DNA of 64,000 bases. Origin: Candidatus Babeliales bacterium (GTDB lineage Bacteria > Babelota > Babeliae > Babelales > Vermiphilaceae). A program made the position numbers and the translations under genes. Under the pieces are notes generated by a model. It worked only from the letters and a program-made list of their open reading frames with translations. It was not told the DNA's origin and searched no databases. The stretch's first letter is position 1. Every line of letters starts with the position of its first letter. Location: positions 1-64,000 of the forward strand of contig DASZBJ010000034.1 in the NCBI GenBank assembly GCA_035944115.1, read 5' to 3'. Positions 51,294 to 61,174 of this stretch are shown piece by piece.

Positions 51294-53828
51294 TTACTTA
51301 CCGCAACATTTTTTATATTTTTGACCCGAGCCACACGGACATGGATCATTACGGCCTACTTTGTCAGAATGCGCTTGTACAGATTCATGCGATTCACCTA
51401 AACCTTCGCCAGAAGTAATCCTTAACTCTTCTAGCTCCTGCTCACGACGCTGTTCTAACTTATGTTGATCAAATCGCTCAACATTAAGATGGAAAATATG
51501 GTGCACCACATCACCACCAATTTGGCGCATGGTATCTTGGAACATCGCAAACGCTTCTTTTTTATACTCAATCAGCGGATTTTTTTGTCCCCAACTACGC
51601 AGATTGATACCTTCTTTTAAATGATCCAAATTAAGCATATGCTGCTTCCATGCCTGATCAATGGTTTCTAAAAGCAACCATTTCTCTGCACTTTGAATCA
51701 CTTCTGACTGCTGCTGATTTCTAAATAAGCTATACTGTTCAAGCAAGTAATTAATCAAATCTTTTTCTAATTCATCGCTACTGTTTTTACTAAACCCTTT
51801 GCCCAAAAAGTCATTCGGTGATAGTCCCGTTACTTTATGCAACGTTTCATAAATTGCAACGATAGATTCAGGCGTTAATGTACGATTAGGACAATTGAAT
51901 GAAATCACATCTTGCACTACCTTGATCAATAAATCTCTGATCAACTCATATACACCTTCTTGCCCTTCAAGCACTTCACGTCGATATTCGTAAATCACGG
52001 TACGTTGCTGATTAAGCACATCATCATACTCAAGTAAATGTCTGCGAATTTCAAAATTATGCTTTTCAACTTTTTCTTGGGCATTTTCAATCACACGAGA
52101 TACTGTTTTTGATTCAATAACCTCATCTTCTTTCATCCCTGCCCATTCCATCTTCTTCTTGAGGTTCTCACCACCAAAAATACGGATAAGGTCATCTTCT
52201 AAAGATATATAAAAACGAGATTCTCCTGGATCGCCTTGACGTCCTGATCGTCCACGCAACTGATTGTCAATTCGTCGACTTTCATGCCGCTCAGTACCTA
52301 AAATGTAAAGACCACCTGCTTGTACTGATTCTGGCGTTAATTTAATGTCAGTACCACGCCCCGCCATATTGGTAGCAATAGTTACTTGACCTGGTCTTCC
52401 TGCAAATTCAACAATTTCCGCTTCTCTTTGATGCTGCTTTGCGTTAAGTACTTCGTGCGGAACATTATGAGCACGCAATACCATGCTCAAAAGTTCTGAC
52501 GTTTCAATGGCAATGGTACCAATTAAAACTGGCTGACCTTTTTTATGCCGTTCCACAATATCTTCTGCAATTGCTTTATATTTTGCATTTCTGGTTAAAA
52601 ATATAAAATCCTGTTTATCTTGCCGAATAAGCGGTCTATTTGTTGGAACCGCAATTACATTCAATTTATAAATCTTATAAAATTCCTCGGCTTCAGTCAT
52701 CGCTGTACCGGTCATACCAGCAAGTTTTTTATATAATCTAAAATAGTTCTGCAATGTTATGCTTGCAAGAGTCTGACTTTCACGTTCAATATCAACACCT
52801 TCTTTTGCTTCCAACGCTTGATGGAGCCCATCGCTATACCGACGGCCGGATAAAATACGACCCGTAAACTCATCTACAATTAAAACTTCATCATCTTTAA
52901 CCACATAATCTACATCACGTTTAAATAATGCGTGTGCCTTAAGCGCTTGCATGCAATGATGCAATAATGTTACGTGCTCAATTGCATACAAATTATCAAT
53001 ATGAAATGCCGCTTCTACCGCATCGTTACCAGCCTCAGTAAGCTGCACAGAACGCGCTTTTTCATCTACTTCAAAATCTGTATCCTGCTTTAAACGTCTC
53101 ATTACACGGTCTGCGTCAAGATATAATCGACTGCTTTTATCAGTTGCACCAGAGATAATAAGTGGTGTTCGGGCCTCATCAATCAAGATAGAGTCAATTT
53201 CATCGACGATTGCATAGTTTGCTTCGCGTTGTACATAATCTTCCAGGCGGAACTTCATATTGTCACGCAAATAATCAAACCCTAGCTCATTGTTCGTTGC
53301 GTATAAAATATCCGATTGATACACTTCTTTTCGTTCTTTATCGCTCATCGAATTTTGCAAGCAACCAACAGTCAATCCAAGTGCCTTAAAAATAACTCCC
53401 ATCCATTGTGAGTCACGACTTGCTAAATAATCATTGGTAGTTACTAAATGCACCCCTTTACCTTCAAGCGCATTCAAATAGAGGGATAATGTTGAGGTTA
53501 AGGTCTTTCCTTCCCCTGTTTTCATTTCTGATATCTTACCTTGATGGAGAACAATACCTCCCAGTAACTGCACATCAAAATGACGTTGTCCTAATGTTCG
53601 TTTTGCTGTTTCTCTGACGACTGCGTACGCCTCAGGCAAAATATCATCAAGCTTCTTACCATTGCTGAGCTGTTGACGAAACTCATTTGTTTTATTCGCC
53701 AATTGTTCATCAGTAAGCTGTTGAATAGAAGGTTCAAAGGCATTAATCAACGAAACAATTGGATCCAACCGCTTTAATTGCCGTGCATTATTGGTACCTA
53801 AAATCCGAGCTAATAAACCTGCAATCAT
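51294..53828 (-). CDS. secA: Preprotein translocase ATPase SecA with C-terminal zinc-binding motif
   Basis: DEAD-motor motifs, C-terminal CPCGSGQKYKKCCG. Confidence 0.9.
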   Translation of the reverse strand: MIAGLLARILGTNNARQLKRLDPIVSLINAFEPSIQQLTDEQLANKTNEFRQQLSNGKKLDDILPEAYAVVRETAKRTLGQRHFDVQLLGGIVLHQGKISEMKTGEGKTLTSTLSLYLNALEGKGVHLVTTNDYLASRDSQWMGVIFKALGLTVGCLQNSMSDKERKEVYQSDILYATNNELGFDYLRDNMKFRLEDYVQREANYAIVDEIDSILIDEARTPLIISGATDKSSRLYLDADRVMRRLKQDTDFEVDEKARSVQLTEAGNDAVEAAFHIDNLYAIEHVTLLHHCMQALKAHALFKRDVDYVVKDDEVLIVDEFTGRILSGRRYSDGLHQALEAKEGVDIERESQTLASITLQNYFRLYKKLAGMTGTAMTEAEEFYKIYKLNVIAVPTNRPLIRQDKQDFIFLTRNAKYKAIAEDIVERHKKGQPVLIGTIAIETSELLSMVLRAHNVPHEVLNAKQHQREAEIVEFAGRPGQVTIATNMAGRGTDIKLTPESVQAGGLYILGTERHESRRIDNQLRGRSGRQGDPGESRFYISLEDDLIRIFGGENLKKKMEWAGMKEDEVIESKTVSRVIENAQEKVEKHNFEIRRHLLEYDDVLNQQRTVIYEYRREVLEGQEGVYELIRDLLIKVVQDVISFNCPNRTLTPESIVAIYETLHKVTGLSPNDFLGKGFSKNSSDELEKDLINYLLEQYSLFRNQQQSEVIQSAEKWLLLETIDQAWKQHMLNLDHLKEGINLRSWGQKNPLIEYKKEAFAMFQDTMRQIGGDVVHHIFHLNVERFDQHKLEQRREQELEELRITSGEGLGESHESVQAHSDKVGRNDPCPCGSGQKYKKCCGK

Positions 53829-53964
53829 TGTATCTCCAAAAAAATTAGATTCTGTTTGATCTAATCTACGGTTATCTGATAAAAAAAGTAAATAAAGTAA
53901 TTATTATATTCATCAAAAATGAATAAGAACACTGTATCATAAAAGCAATTTGGCTACAATTATA

Positions 53965-54711
53965 CTATTTTAAACTGACTACTGTCATTTGACGACCAGC
54001 ACGCTGCGCACCCTGTTGCGCTTGTATTCTATGGGAAAAAAAATCAGTTGCACACATCGTGCATATATTATACCCCAATTGAATCATATGTGGTGCAACT
54101 CCATACTCTTGTAGCAATTGCTTATTATATTCTGATAAATCAAAAAAAATTTTCCCTGCACGATGCATAAATAAAGAGCCTGCAAATGAGAATTCACTAA
54201 ACTGTTCTAAAAAATCTTGTGTCACTTCATAACAGCATGCTTTTGCACTTGGGCCAAAAAAAATACGTATTTGTTGCACATCAGTATCATACTGCTCTTG
54301 CATCTGACACAATGCTTTTGTCGCAATACCTGCAACCGACCCGCGCCACCCTGCATGAACAATAGCGACCGCATGATGCCGCATATCATAAAAAACAATC
54401 GGCAGACAGTCTGCAGTCATCACACCTATGCCAACATCCGATTGATCTGTTAATAAATAATCTCCATCAAGAGAGAAGGGAACAAAACTGTTACAATTTT
54501 CTTCAGTAATCACTAGGCCTTGCGTCCCATGTACTTGTTTTAAAAACAGCAACGAGGTCAAGCCCATCATCTTGCTCATATGAGCAAACGATGGATGCTG
54601 AATGAGCTCATGCGCATCATACCCGACAATCTGTAAATACTCTTGCTGATATAACTCATCTGCGGCATTACCAAAATAAATAGAAAAAAGTGGATTGCGG
54701 TGGAATAACAT
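53965..54711 (-). CDS. YfiH/PgeF-family (DUF152) laccase-domain protein
   Basis: HAGWRGS and C..C/H motifs. Confidence 0.75.
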   Translation of the reverse strand: MLFHRNPLFSIYFGNAADELYQQEYLQIVGYDAHELIQHPSFAHMSKMMGLTSLLFLKQVHGTQGLVITEENCNSFVPFSLDGDYLLTDQSDVGIGVMTADCLPIVFYDMRHHAVAIVHAGWRGSVAGIATKALCQMQEQYDTDVQQIRIFFGPSAKACCYEVTQDFLEQFSEFSFAGSLFMHRAGKIFFDLSEYNKQLLQEYGVAPHMIQLGYNICTMCATDFFSHRIQAQQGAQRAGRQMTVVSLK

Positions 54712-54851
54712 ATGCTCTAAGAATCCTGCTTTAAGCGATACAGTTGTAAAAAAATAAGGATAACCAGTATCACAAAAATAAAACCAATTATCAAAATTTT
54801 AAACTTTGTTGTACCACAGCTGCCAATAACATCGTATACAAAAAATACCTG

Positions 54852-56300
54852 CTACGCTCTTCCGTCAAATAGTATTACACGCCGCGCTGGCAGGTCAGGC
54901 ACATATACGCAATGTAATACACAATCATCACTCATATCAAGCAGGTCTTTTGCCCGCAGTAACGCGACAATTGGCTTCTCTTTAAACCCTTTTATCATTC
55001 CTGCTTTACATGCATACACACTGTCCCACAGATGTTCACACGGTACCGCAATCAAACGTGGATCCTGATATGCAAAATGATTCCTAATATGATCAGATAA
55101 ACAAAACATATGCGCATACGTTTGTTCTAATTCCTTAATTATCTGTGCGCAGTCAAACGACCGCTCCAATAAAGCGCCCGCTCGCGCTATAATAACATGC
55201 TCTGTCATATATGGTGTGCACTGCCGCAATTGCTTTACAAAATTTTTAGAGCTACAGGGAATATACTCAGTAGGAGAATCAACACGATTAGTTACACAAA
55301 CAGAGTTGTGATCTAAAATATATATAGTACCCACGTGCGCAAGATGAGTGCCAAAACTATCCAATGTTTGTTGCACCTGCTCATCGGAACTATCATGATC
55401 TGCGATAATTATCACATCCGCTTGTGCGTTTTGATATGGCTCCATTTTACCAAGATTTGGTTCATGTAAGAGTGAATATTTTTCAAGATTCCTGAGGAAT
55501 TTGCCACATAAAACCTGCAAAGGCTTGTGAATTTTGAAATCATTCAAAGGTGTGTCAATATTTCTATCTAAAAGAACTTTTTCGATAAAGCTAAATCTTT
55601 TACCCGCCATCTCAAGAATAGGATACACGCAAGCCGCGTCTTCTGATGTAGGCAAAAATTTCCCTAAATAGGGTTCTGATTCCAGTAATAAATCTTCTAG
55701 TTTGATACATTTATAAATCCATGCATAAAAAGAACGTATGCCGCTCCATATCCACTGAGATCTATACTCTCGTCGATCAACCCACGCCTGCGGAGTTGGT
55801 TTTGCTTTACCGATTTTTTTTTCATTACTTGAAACATCTTGATACTGGCCATAGGTAAACCAAATATCATTATAGTAGTACCGCTCATTAATGGTAGAAA
55901 GAACAAATGCATCTGCCATATAATCATCGCCATCAAATTTTACTATTATTGCCTGATCATCACACATATGTACCGCTCGGTACATGTTATAGAGCGCTTT
56001 ACGATTATATGGATTAGATATTACTGTAATCTTATCTTGTAATCCATGCTGCTCAACATATGCGCGCACAAGATCTCCCGTACCATCAAGAGAACAATCA
56101 TCTATATAAATTATCTGATAATTACTATAATTTTGATGCACTACAGAATTCAGATTTTTTTCGTAATACAAAGCATTATTATATGATGTGATTATCACTA
56201 CTATCTTTTTCTCTGGAATATCAGAAGTACCATATAAAGGCATTATCACCAAAACAGAAAGTAATAAGAATAGATGTTGTGCTATTTTATATATCATCAT
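54852..56300 (-). CDS. Glycosyltransferase family 2 protein with N-terminal signal-anchor and roughly 250-aa C-terminal extension
   Basis: IVVIITSYNNA, IYIDDCSLDGT, DGDD motifs; N-terminal hydrophobic MMIYKIAQHLFLLLSVLVIMPLYG. Confidence 0.7.
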   Translation of the reverse strand: MMIYKIAQHLFLLLSVLVIMPLYGTSDIPEKKIVVIITSYNNALYYEKNLNSVVHQNYSNYQIIYIDDCSLDGTGDLVRAYVEQHGLQDKITVISNPYNRKALYNMYRAVHMCDDQAIIVKFDGDDYMADAFVLSTINERYYYNDIWFTYGQYQDVSSNEKKIGKAKPTPQAWVDRREYRSQWIWSGIRSFYAWIYKCIKLEDLLLESEPYLGKFLPTSEDAACVYPILEMAGKRFSFIEKVLLDRNIDTPLNDFKIHKPLQVLCGKFLRNLEKYSLLHEPNLGKMEPYQNAQADVIIIADHDSSDEQVQQTLDSFGTHLAHVGTIYILDHNSVCVTNRVDSPTEYIPCSSKNFVKQLRQCTPYMTEHVIIARAGALLERSFDCAQIIKELEQTYAHMFCLSDHIRNHFAYQDPRLIAVPCEHLWDSVYACKAGMIKGFKEKPIVALLRAKDLLDMSDDCVLHCVYVPDLPARRVILFDGRA

Positions 56301-57226
56301 GATAGCCCCTTCCTTTTTCGCTGAATAAATGTTGGTTCATAGTCCATATGAACTGACGTATTCTTATATTGAAATAACGCTGCAATGTCTATCTTTAATC
56401 CTTGGTTAAAAAGATCAAGCAACATCCCTGTAGAAAAATTCTCCATATGCTTATTATTGGCAAACACTGTTTGAACTTGATTCAAAGGTATATTCACTAT
56501 TTTTGAATGTTCATAACACAAGCCATACACCTGTTTTAAAGAAGATGCATTTTGATACCAATAACTCTCAAATTTATTGGGGTTCTCATATGACATTTTT
56601 TGCAAATCGCGCAAAATGGTTCTTTTCCTATATAAGGCAAAGTCAACGGTGTTTGGATAATTCCATGCGTCACAACGACTTACCACAAGCTTCCACCTAT
56701 ATATACCTGCTCCAACTTCAGAAAATAATGGCACCTTCAGCAGACGATTCTTATTGTAATTGTAAGTAATGTTTTTACCCATGCGTAAATAAAATGCATA
56801 TGCTTGCGATTGCTCAAGCGCTTCAATGCAATCCGAAATATCGATACGATCAGTCACAATAATATCATCAACTGCAAAAATCACATGTGAACTTTGTGTA
56901 TTACAAAATGCAGTCAAAAGTAACGACTTAAACTCTTTTTCCGCATTTTTATGATCTTGCACCACAAATTTCACCGCAGGAAATTCTTCATAAAGAACCG
57001 AATAGGCACTTTTATACTGAGCACCACTGCTACGTAAAATCACTACTATCTGATCAACTCCTGTTACATACTGCTCAATCGATTCAAGAAGCGCATATAA
57101 CTGCAAAGGTCGATCATATGAAAAAACAATAAGATCTGCTTTATGATTGTATGCAAAGGAGCAAAAAATATGAGGTGCATACCCCCATAATAAGATCGCT
57201 AACAATATTTTTATTACCTGCTTCAT
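56297..57226 (-). CDS. Putative GT-A-fold glycosyltransferase-like protein with N-terminal signal/anchor
   Basis: Hydrophobic N-terminus; AVDDII DxD-like motif; 4-nt overlap with the upstream GT2 gene. Confidence 0.4.
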   Translation of the reverse strand: MKQVIKILLAILLWGYAPHIFCSFAYNHKADLIVFSYDRPLQLYALLESIEQYVTGVDQIVVILRSSGAQYKSAYSVLYEEFPAVKFVVQDHKNAEKEFKSLLLTAFCNTQSSHVIFAVDDIIVTDRIDISDCIEALEQSQAYAFYLRMGKNITYNYNKNRLLKVPLFSEVGAGIYRWKLVVSRCDAWNYPNTVDFALYRKRTILRDLQKMSYENPNKFESYWYQNASSLKQVYGLCYEHSKIVNIPLNQVQTVFANNKHMENFSTGMLLDLFNQGLKIDIAALFQYKNTSVHMDYEPTFIQRKRKGLS

Positions 57227-57342
57227 GCCTCACTTCCTTTACTGCATATCATATACCATAATGCACTCTCTCTCATACCACCGGCATATACTATATGCTC
57301 CGCAATAATCCGTCTATGAGATTTTTATATCATCATTTAAAC

Positions 57343-57374
57343 GCAAAAAAAGACGTGGGTTTTACGCCACGTCT
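57343..57374 (-). terminator. Rho-independent terminator ending the four-gene paralog operon
   Basis: AGACGTGG-gttttacg-CCACGTCT, followed on the minus strand by a U7 run. Confidence 0.65.
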
Positions 57375-57403
57375 TTCTCTATTTCACAACTTTTTAAAGG
57401 ATG

Positions 57404-58222
57404 TTAGTTTGCTGCAGATTCAATTCTAAGAACCTCTCGATCAAATATCTTAGTGGTTAATTCTGCCATTAATTCCGCATGCTGAAGCGCTGCCGATAAA
57501 GCTTCTTGGGTGAACCTCAATTCAGATATTTTCCTCAATAATTCGAAGGCAGACTGACACATCCATTCACCACCAGATGCTTGCGAAGGTCCATATTCTA
57601 CATCAAACTTCAATTCAGCTTCAGACAACTCTTGCTCTACAACCGCTAACTCGACAAGCAAGTCCTGTACCTTGACATTCCCGTTCTTCATCTGCTCGAA
57701 TGTTCTCTTATATTCTGCATCTTCTACTACTGGCTGATGTACTGCTGTTTCTGGCTCTTGCGCAGATTCAATTCTCACCACTTCGCGATCAAAAAATTTA
57801 GTCGTCAATTCTGCCATAACTTCGGCATGTTTAATTTCTAAGTGCAAGCTACGCAATTCTCGATTTAATACGGTTCTTTTGCCGACTAAATCCCACAAGT
57901 GATCTCTGGCTATATTAAATTTTGTCGATGCGTTTTCAAGCTCATCTATATTAAACTCAGACGCCGTCAACACACGTTTATATTCCTTAAGAGCATCATT
58001 ATCAATAGTTACAGCTTCGTCAACTTCTAACTGTAGCTGATATTTTTTTTGCGTCAGGTCATCACATGTATTATACAGTTCTTCTACTTTAGCCTTCGCT
58101 TTCTTCATTTGGTCTGCAGTTCTTTTATATTCTGCATCTTCGACTACCGGTTGATAGGCTACAACAACCCCTGCTTGCATTACTATCAATGATAACAATG
58201 CACTTTTTAAAAACATATTCAT
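57404..58222 (-). CDS. Secreted alpha-helical protein, paralog family member 1 (internal tandem duplication of a roughly 130-aa unit)
   Basis: Signal peptide; two copies of QPVVEDAEYKRT...AE(V/L)MAELTTK(F/I)FDREV(V/L)RIESA; AGGAGG SD. Confidence 0.55.
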   Translation of the reverse strand: MNMFLKSALLSLIVMQAGVVVAYQPVVEDAEYKRTADQMKKAKAKVEELYNTCDDLTQKKYQLQLEVDEAVTIDNDALKEYKRVLTASEFNIDELENASTKFNIARDHLWDLVGKRTVLNRELRSLHLEIKHAEVMAELTTKFFDREVVRIESAQEPETAVHQPVVEDAEYKRTFEQMKNGNVKVQDLLVELAVVEQELSEAELKFDVEYGPSQASGGEWMCQSAFELLRKISELRFTQEALSAALQHAELMAELTTKIFDREVLRIESAAN

Positions 58223-58251
58223 AATAAACCTCCTGAAATTAATTTCTTATC

Positions 58252-58770
58252 TTACTGTTTTATTAAATCTGCAATACCAACAGCTGCGCGATCAAATATC
58301 TTAGTGGTCAATTCCACCATCACTTCAGCTTGTTTGATGTATTGCAATAAAAGGTTTTGTTCTTCTTGTAAATTTTGCGCCTGTTCATACAAACGCCCTA
58401 TACGTGCATGAACCTTAACCGCTTGCTCATATGCTCTATCAAGTTCTTGATCTACTGGTGCCATTTCATCCGGACCATATACAGTTTTTGTTAAGCGATC
58501 CACTGCTTTTCTATATATTACATTCGCCAATTCTGCAATAACCATCCCCTTGCGAAGCTCAAGCATTGCATTCTTTTGTTTCTGCTGCGACTCTTTCTGT
58601 GCGTCATAGAGCTCATCCACGCGAGCGTATGCTTTTTTCATCTGCTCTAATGCTCTTTGATACTCTGCTTCATGTCCAACGGCGCTTGTTTGCGCAGCAC
58701 AGACCCCCGATTGCAAAGGAGCAACACTCAACAACAATGAAACTAATATATTTTTAACAATCTTATTCAT
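58252..58770 (-). CDS. Secreted alpha-helical protein, paralog family member 2
   Basis: Signal peptide MNKIVKNILVSLLLSVAPLQSGVCA; C-terminal AEVMVELTTKIFDR motif; AGGAGG SD. Confidence 0.55.
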   Translation of the reverse strand: MNKIVKNILVSLLLSVAPLQSGVCAAQTSAVGHEAEYQRALEQMKKAYARVDELYDAQKESQQKQKNAMLELRKGMVIAELANVIYRKAVDRLTKTVYGPDEMAPVDQELDRAYEQAVKVHARIGRLYEQAQNLQEEQNLLLQYIKQAEVMVELTTKIFDRAAVGIADLIKQ

Positions 58771-58818
58771 AATAAACCTCCTAAAAATGATAATAAATCT
58801 TTTTACTCTTTTGTGCTT

Positions 58819-59151
58819 CTAGCGTCTCAAGAAAGAAAAATAACGCTCAAAAAAGCCTTTTGATTCTTCCTTCTTTGCTTTATCTAAGACTTCAAGCGTC
58901 TTTACGATAGACTCCACACATGGAGTTACCGCCTCCCGAATACCTTCTAGCTCATCTAACATTCTTAAAGTGCGTGCGATGTGTGCGGCGTCTTCAGCCG
59001 ATAATGGTTGCTCGGCTGCCTGAGTAGCCACTGTCATTTCAACATCTTGGACATTATTTATTTGCTCTTCTTCACATTGAGTAACGCTAAATTGCAACGG
59101 AACAGTAATCAACACCATTGAAACGAGTATATTTTTAACAATCTTATTCAT
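58819..59151 (-). CDS. Secreted small protein, paralog family member 3
   Basis: Signal peptide MNKIVKNILVSMVLITVPLQFSVTQC, near-identical to member 2 at DNA level; AGGAGG SD. Confidence 0.5.
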   Translation of the reverse strand: MNKIVKNILVSMVLITVPLQFSVTQCEEEQINNVQDVEMTVATQAAEQPLSAEDAAHIARTLRMLDELEGIREAVTPCVESIVKTLEVLDKAKKEESKGFFERYFSFLRR

Positions 59152-59181
59152 AATAACCTCCTGAATATTTCATTAAACTTT

Positions 59182-59577
59182 TTATATTTTCTCTTTTGGA
59201 TTCGCCATTTTATTACATGCATCCTCAAAATCTCGTAACGCCGACTCTGCAGACGTCCCTGCTTTTTGAATTTTTTCAAGCAATTCCTGTGATGGCTTTA
59301 CGCCCTTTTCTTCCATTTCTGCTGCTTCCACTTGCAACACAAGGAAAGTCTCTTGGGCTTGCACGGCTTCATAAAATAAGGCCTTCACATCATCTTCCAG
59401 GGAAGATACCCACTCATTTAATGCATTTTCCATTTCTTGCTGCTGGGCTAATAAATCAGCTTCTGCTACCTGATCGGCACATCGCGTAGTACCAAATTGC
59501 AATGGGCCTACAATAAATGCTAGTGGCGTGATAACTAGTAACAAAGAAATTAGTATATTTTTCATAGTGATATTCAT
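59182..59577 (-). CDS. Secreted small protein, paralog family member 4
   Basis: Signal peptide MNITMKNILISLLLVITPLAF; AGGAGG SD. Confidence 0.5.
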   Translation of the reverse strand: MNITMKNILISLLLVITPLAFIVGPLQFGTTRCADQVAEADLLAQQQEMENALNEWVSSLEDDVKALFYEAVQAQETFLVLQVEAAEMEEKGVKPSQELLEKIQKAGTSAESALRDFEDACNKMANPKEKI

Positions 59578-59595
59578 GATAAATCCTCCTAAATA

Positions 59596-59683
59596 CCTTT
59601 TTAAAATCCATATTTATCCATACAAATAGTATAAAGCAGCCTATTTTTTACGCAAAAGGCCTATCTGGCTAGGCACAAAAATG
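59596..59683 (-). promoter_or_regulatory. Conserved promoter-region block (copy A) upstream of the paralog operon; contains TATACT -10-like hexamer on the minus strand
   Basis: About 80% identical over roughly 80 nt to 60284..60360. Confidence 0.4.
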
Positions 59684-59739
59684 GCTCTTGCCATAAAATG
59701 CCTCTAACCAACCGGTCGATCAAAGCTTCGAACGCTCAT

Positions 59740-59771
59740 AAAAAAAGACGTGATGAATTAACACCACGCCC
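59740..59771 (-). terminator. Rho-independent terminator of the 59795..60253 gene
   Basis: Minus-strand hairpin GGCGUGGUG/CAUCACGUC (two G-U pairs) followed by U7. Confidence 0.5.
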
Positions 59772-59794
59772 TCTATCATTAAATACAATTATTT

Positions 59795-60253
59795 TTAATC
59801 GTTACCCAACATAACAACTGCTCCCGTTACCGGTTCGCTATATTGATCCTGAGCATCTTCTTCCATGTTGCCCAATAGAACAACTGCAGCTTGAATAGGA
59901 TCAGCATCATAAAGCTCTCCAACTGGTTGAGCTGGATCAAATCCAAATGGCTCAGCTATATCCGAAGAAAAAGCCTTATCTGACGCAGATTGATATTTTT
60001 CAACAGCTTCTCGTAAATTCATCTGCACCGTTGCAATCTGATCTTCTATTGATTGGTTTTCTTTTTGTAAACGGTCTTTTACAATATTTAAAGCTCTAAG
60101 ACACTTACATAATTCCTGAGCTTCACCTTCAGCCATAAACATATCAACCAAATCTGATATTTTCGTTTTTGCCGAATAACACTCAGCAATACTAATCTGC
60201 GTAGTAATAATCGTTAACGCTAGAAATGCCATTTTTTTAAAATTCAAAACCAT
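59795..60253 (-). CDS. Secreted acidic small protein, paralog family member 5 (more divergent)
   Basis: Signal peptide MVLNFKKMAFLALTIITTQISIAEC; AGGAGG SD; same upstream promoter block. Confidence 0.5.
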   Translation of the reverse strand: MVLNFKKMAFLALTIITTQISIAECYSAKTKISDLVDMFMAEGEAQELCKCLRALNIVKDRLQKENQSIEDQIATVQMNLREAVEKYQSASDKAFSSDIAEPFGFDPAQPVGELYDADPIQAAVVLLGNMEEDAQDQYSEPVTGAVVMLGND

Positions 60254-60283
60254 AGTATAACCTCCTAATTATTATATTAAAGA

Positions 60284-60360
60284 CCTTTATCCATCTATAT
60301 AAATAGTATAAGCACTGCTTTTATTTGCACAAATGCCCCACGAGCTCAGGCACAAAAATG
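60284..60360 (-). promoter_or_regulatory. Conserved promoter-region block (copy B)
   Basis: Shares CCTTTATCCAT..AAATAGTATAA..GCACAAA..CAGGCACAAAAATG with copy A. Confidence 0.4.
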
Positions 60361-60373
60361 AAGATGTCTAAAT

Positions 60374-61174
60374 TTATTTAAATAAGTAACTATATCGAAC
60401 ATAAATCCGTGCTTCTTCCGCTCGAATCGCACGCCCATTAGCACTATTTGTGGATACCCCCTGTGGGTTAAAATAATACAATCCATAGATCCCGGGAGCT
60501 TTCATAAAAATAGCCCCTAGCCCCACCGCTCGTAACCAAAATTCATAATCAGCAACATAACGGTACGTTGTATCAAAATAGCCACAGCGATCATGCAACG
60601 ATTTTCGCCACATCGGATGATTGTTTGGCAGCGGCTGCACCATATTTTCAGGAGAAAATTCTGCCATAGTGCGCACGTGACTATACCGATTACAGATAAA
60701 TGTTTCATTCGGATAATACGTGACATAAAAGTCTGAATACACCAAATCAACATCAGTATGCATATCTAAAGTCTGCGCATGCTTTTCATAGCAATCAAAT
60801 TTTAAGCGATCATCCAAATTCGCGTTGGTAATATATGCTCCACCCGCCATAGCAATTGCCATATTCCACACCGCATACAAACCGGGATCGTGATCAAACC
60901 GCAGATATATAATATTGGAATACTGCTCCATATACTTCTTGATGATCTGACATTCGTTGTCGGGAGAATTCGCATCAATCATAATTAACTCACATTGATC
61001 AAATATGGTTTGGGAGACGATATCCTCCATAAAACCGGCAATATACTGATCTCCTTTATAGACTGAGGTGATAATGGAGATCTTAGGAACACTTGCGCAC
61101 AATAATGTAGTGCAGAAAAAAAATAGACTACAAAAATAGTGTAGTTTTTTACTTTTTAATACAACGTTTCCCAT
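60374..61174 (-). CDS. Family 2 glycosyltransferase with N-terminal signal-anchor
   Basis: ISIITSVYKGDQY, IMIDANSPD, DD motifs; hydrophobic N-terminus. Confidence 0.7.
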   Translation of the reverse strand: MGNVVLKSKKLHYFCSLFFFCTTLLCASVPKISIITSVYKGDQYIAGFMEDIVSQTIFDQCELIMIDANSPDNECQIIKKYMEQYSNIIYLRFDHDPGLYAVWNMAIAMAGGAYITNANLDDRLKFDCYEKHAQTLDMHTDVDLVYSDFYVTYYPNETFICNRYSHVRTMAEFSPENMVQPLPNNHPMWRKSLHDRCGYFDTTYRYVADYEFWLRAVGLGAIFMKAPGIYGLYYFNPQGVSTNSANGRAIRAEEARIYVRYSYLFK

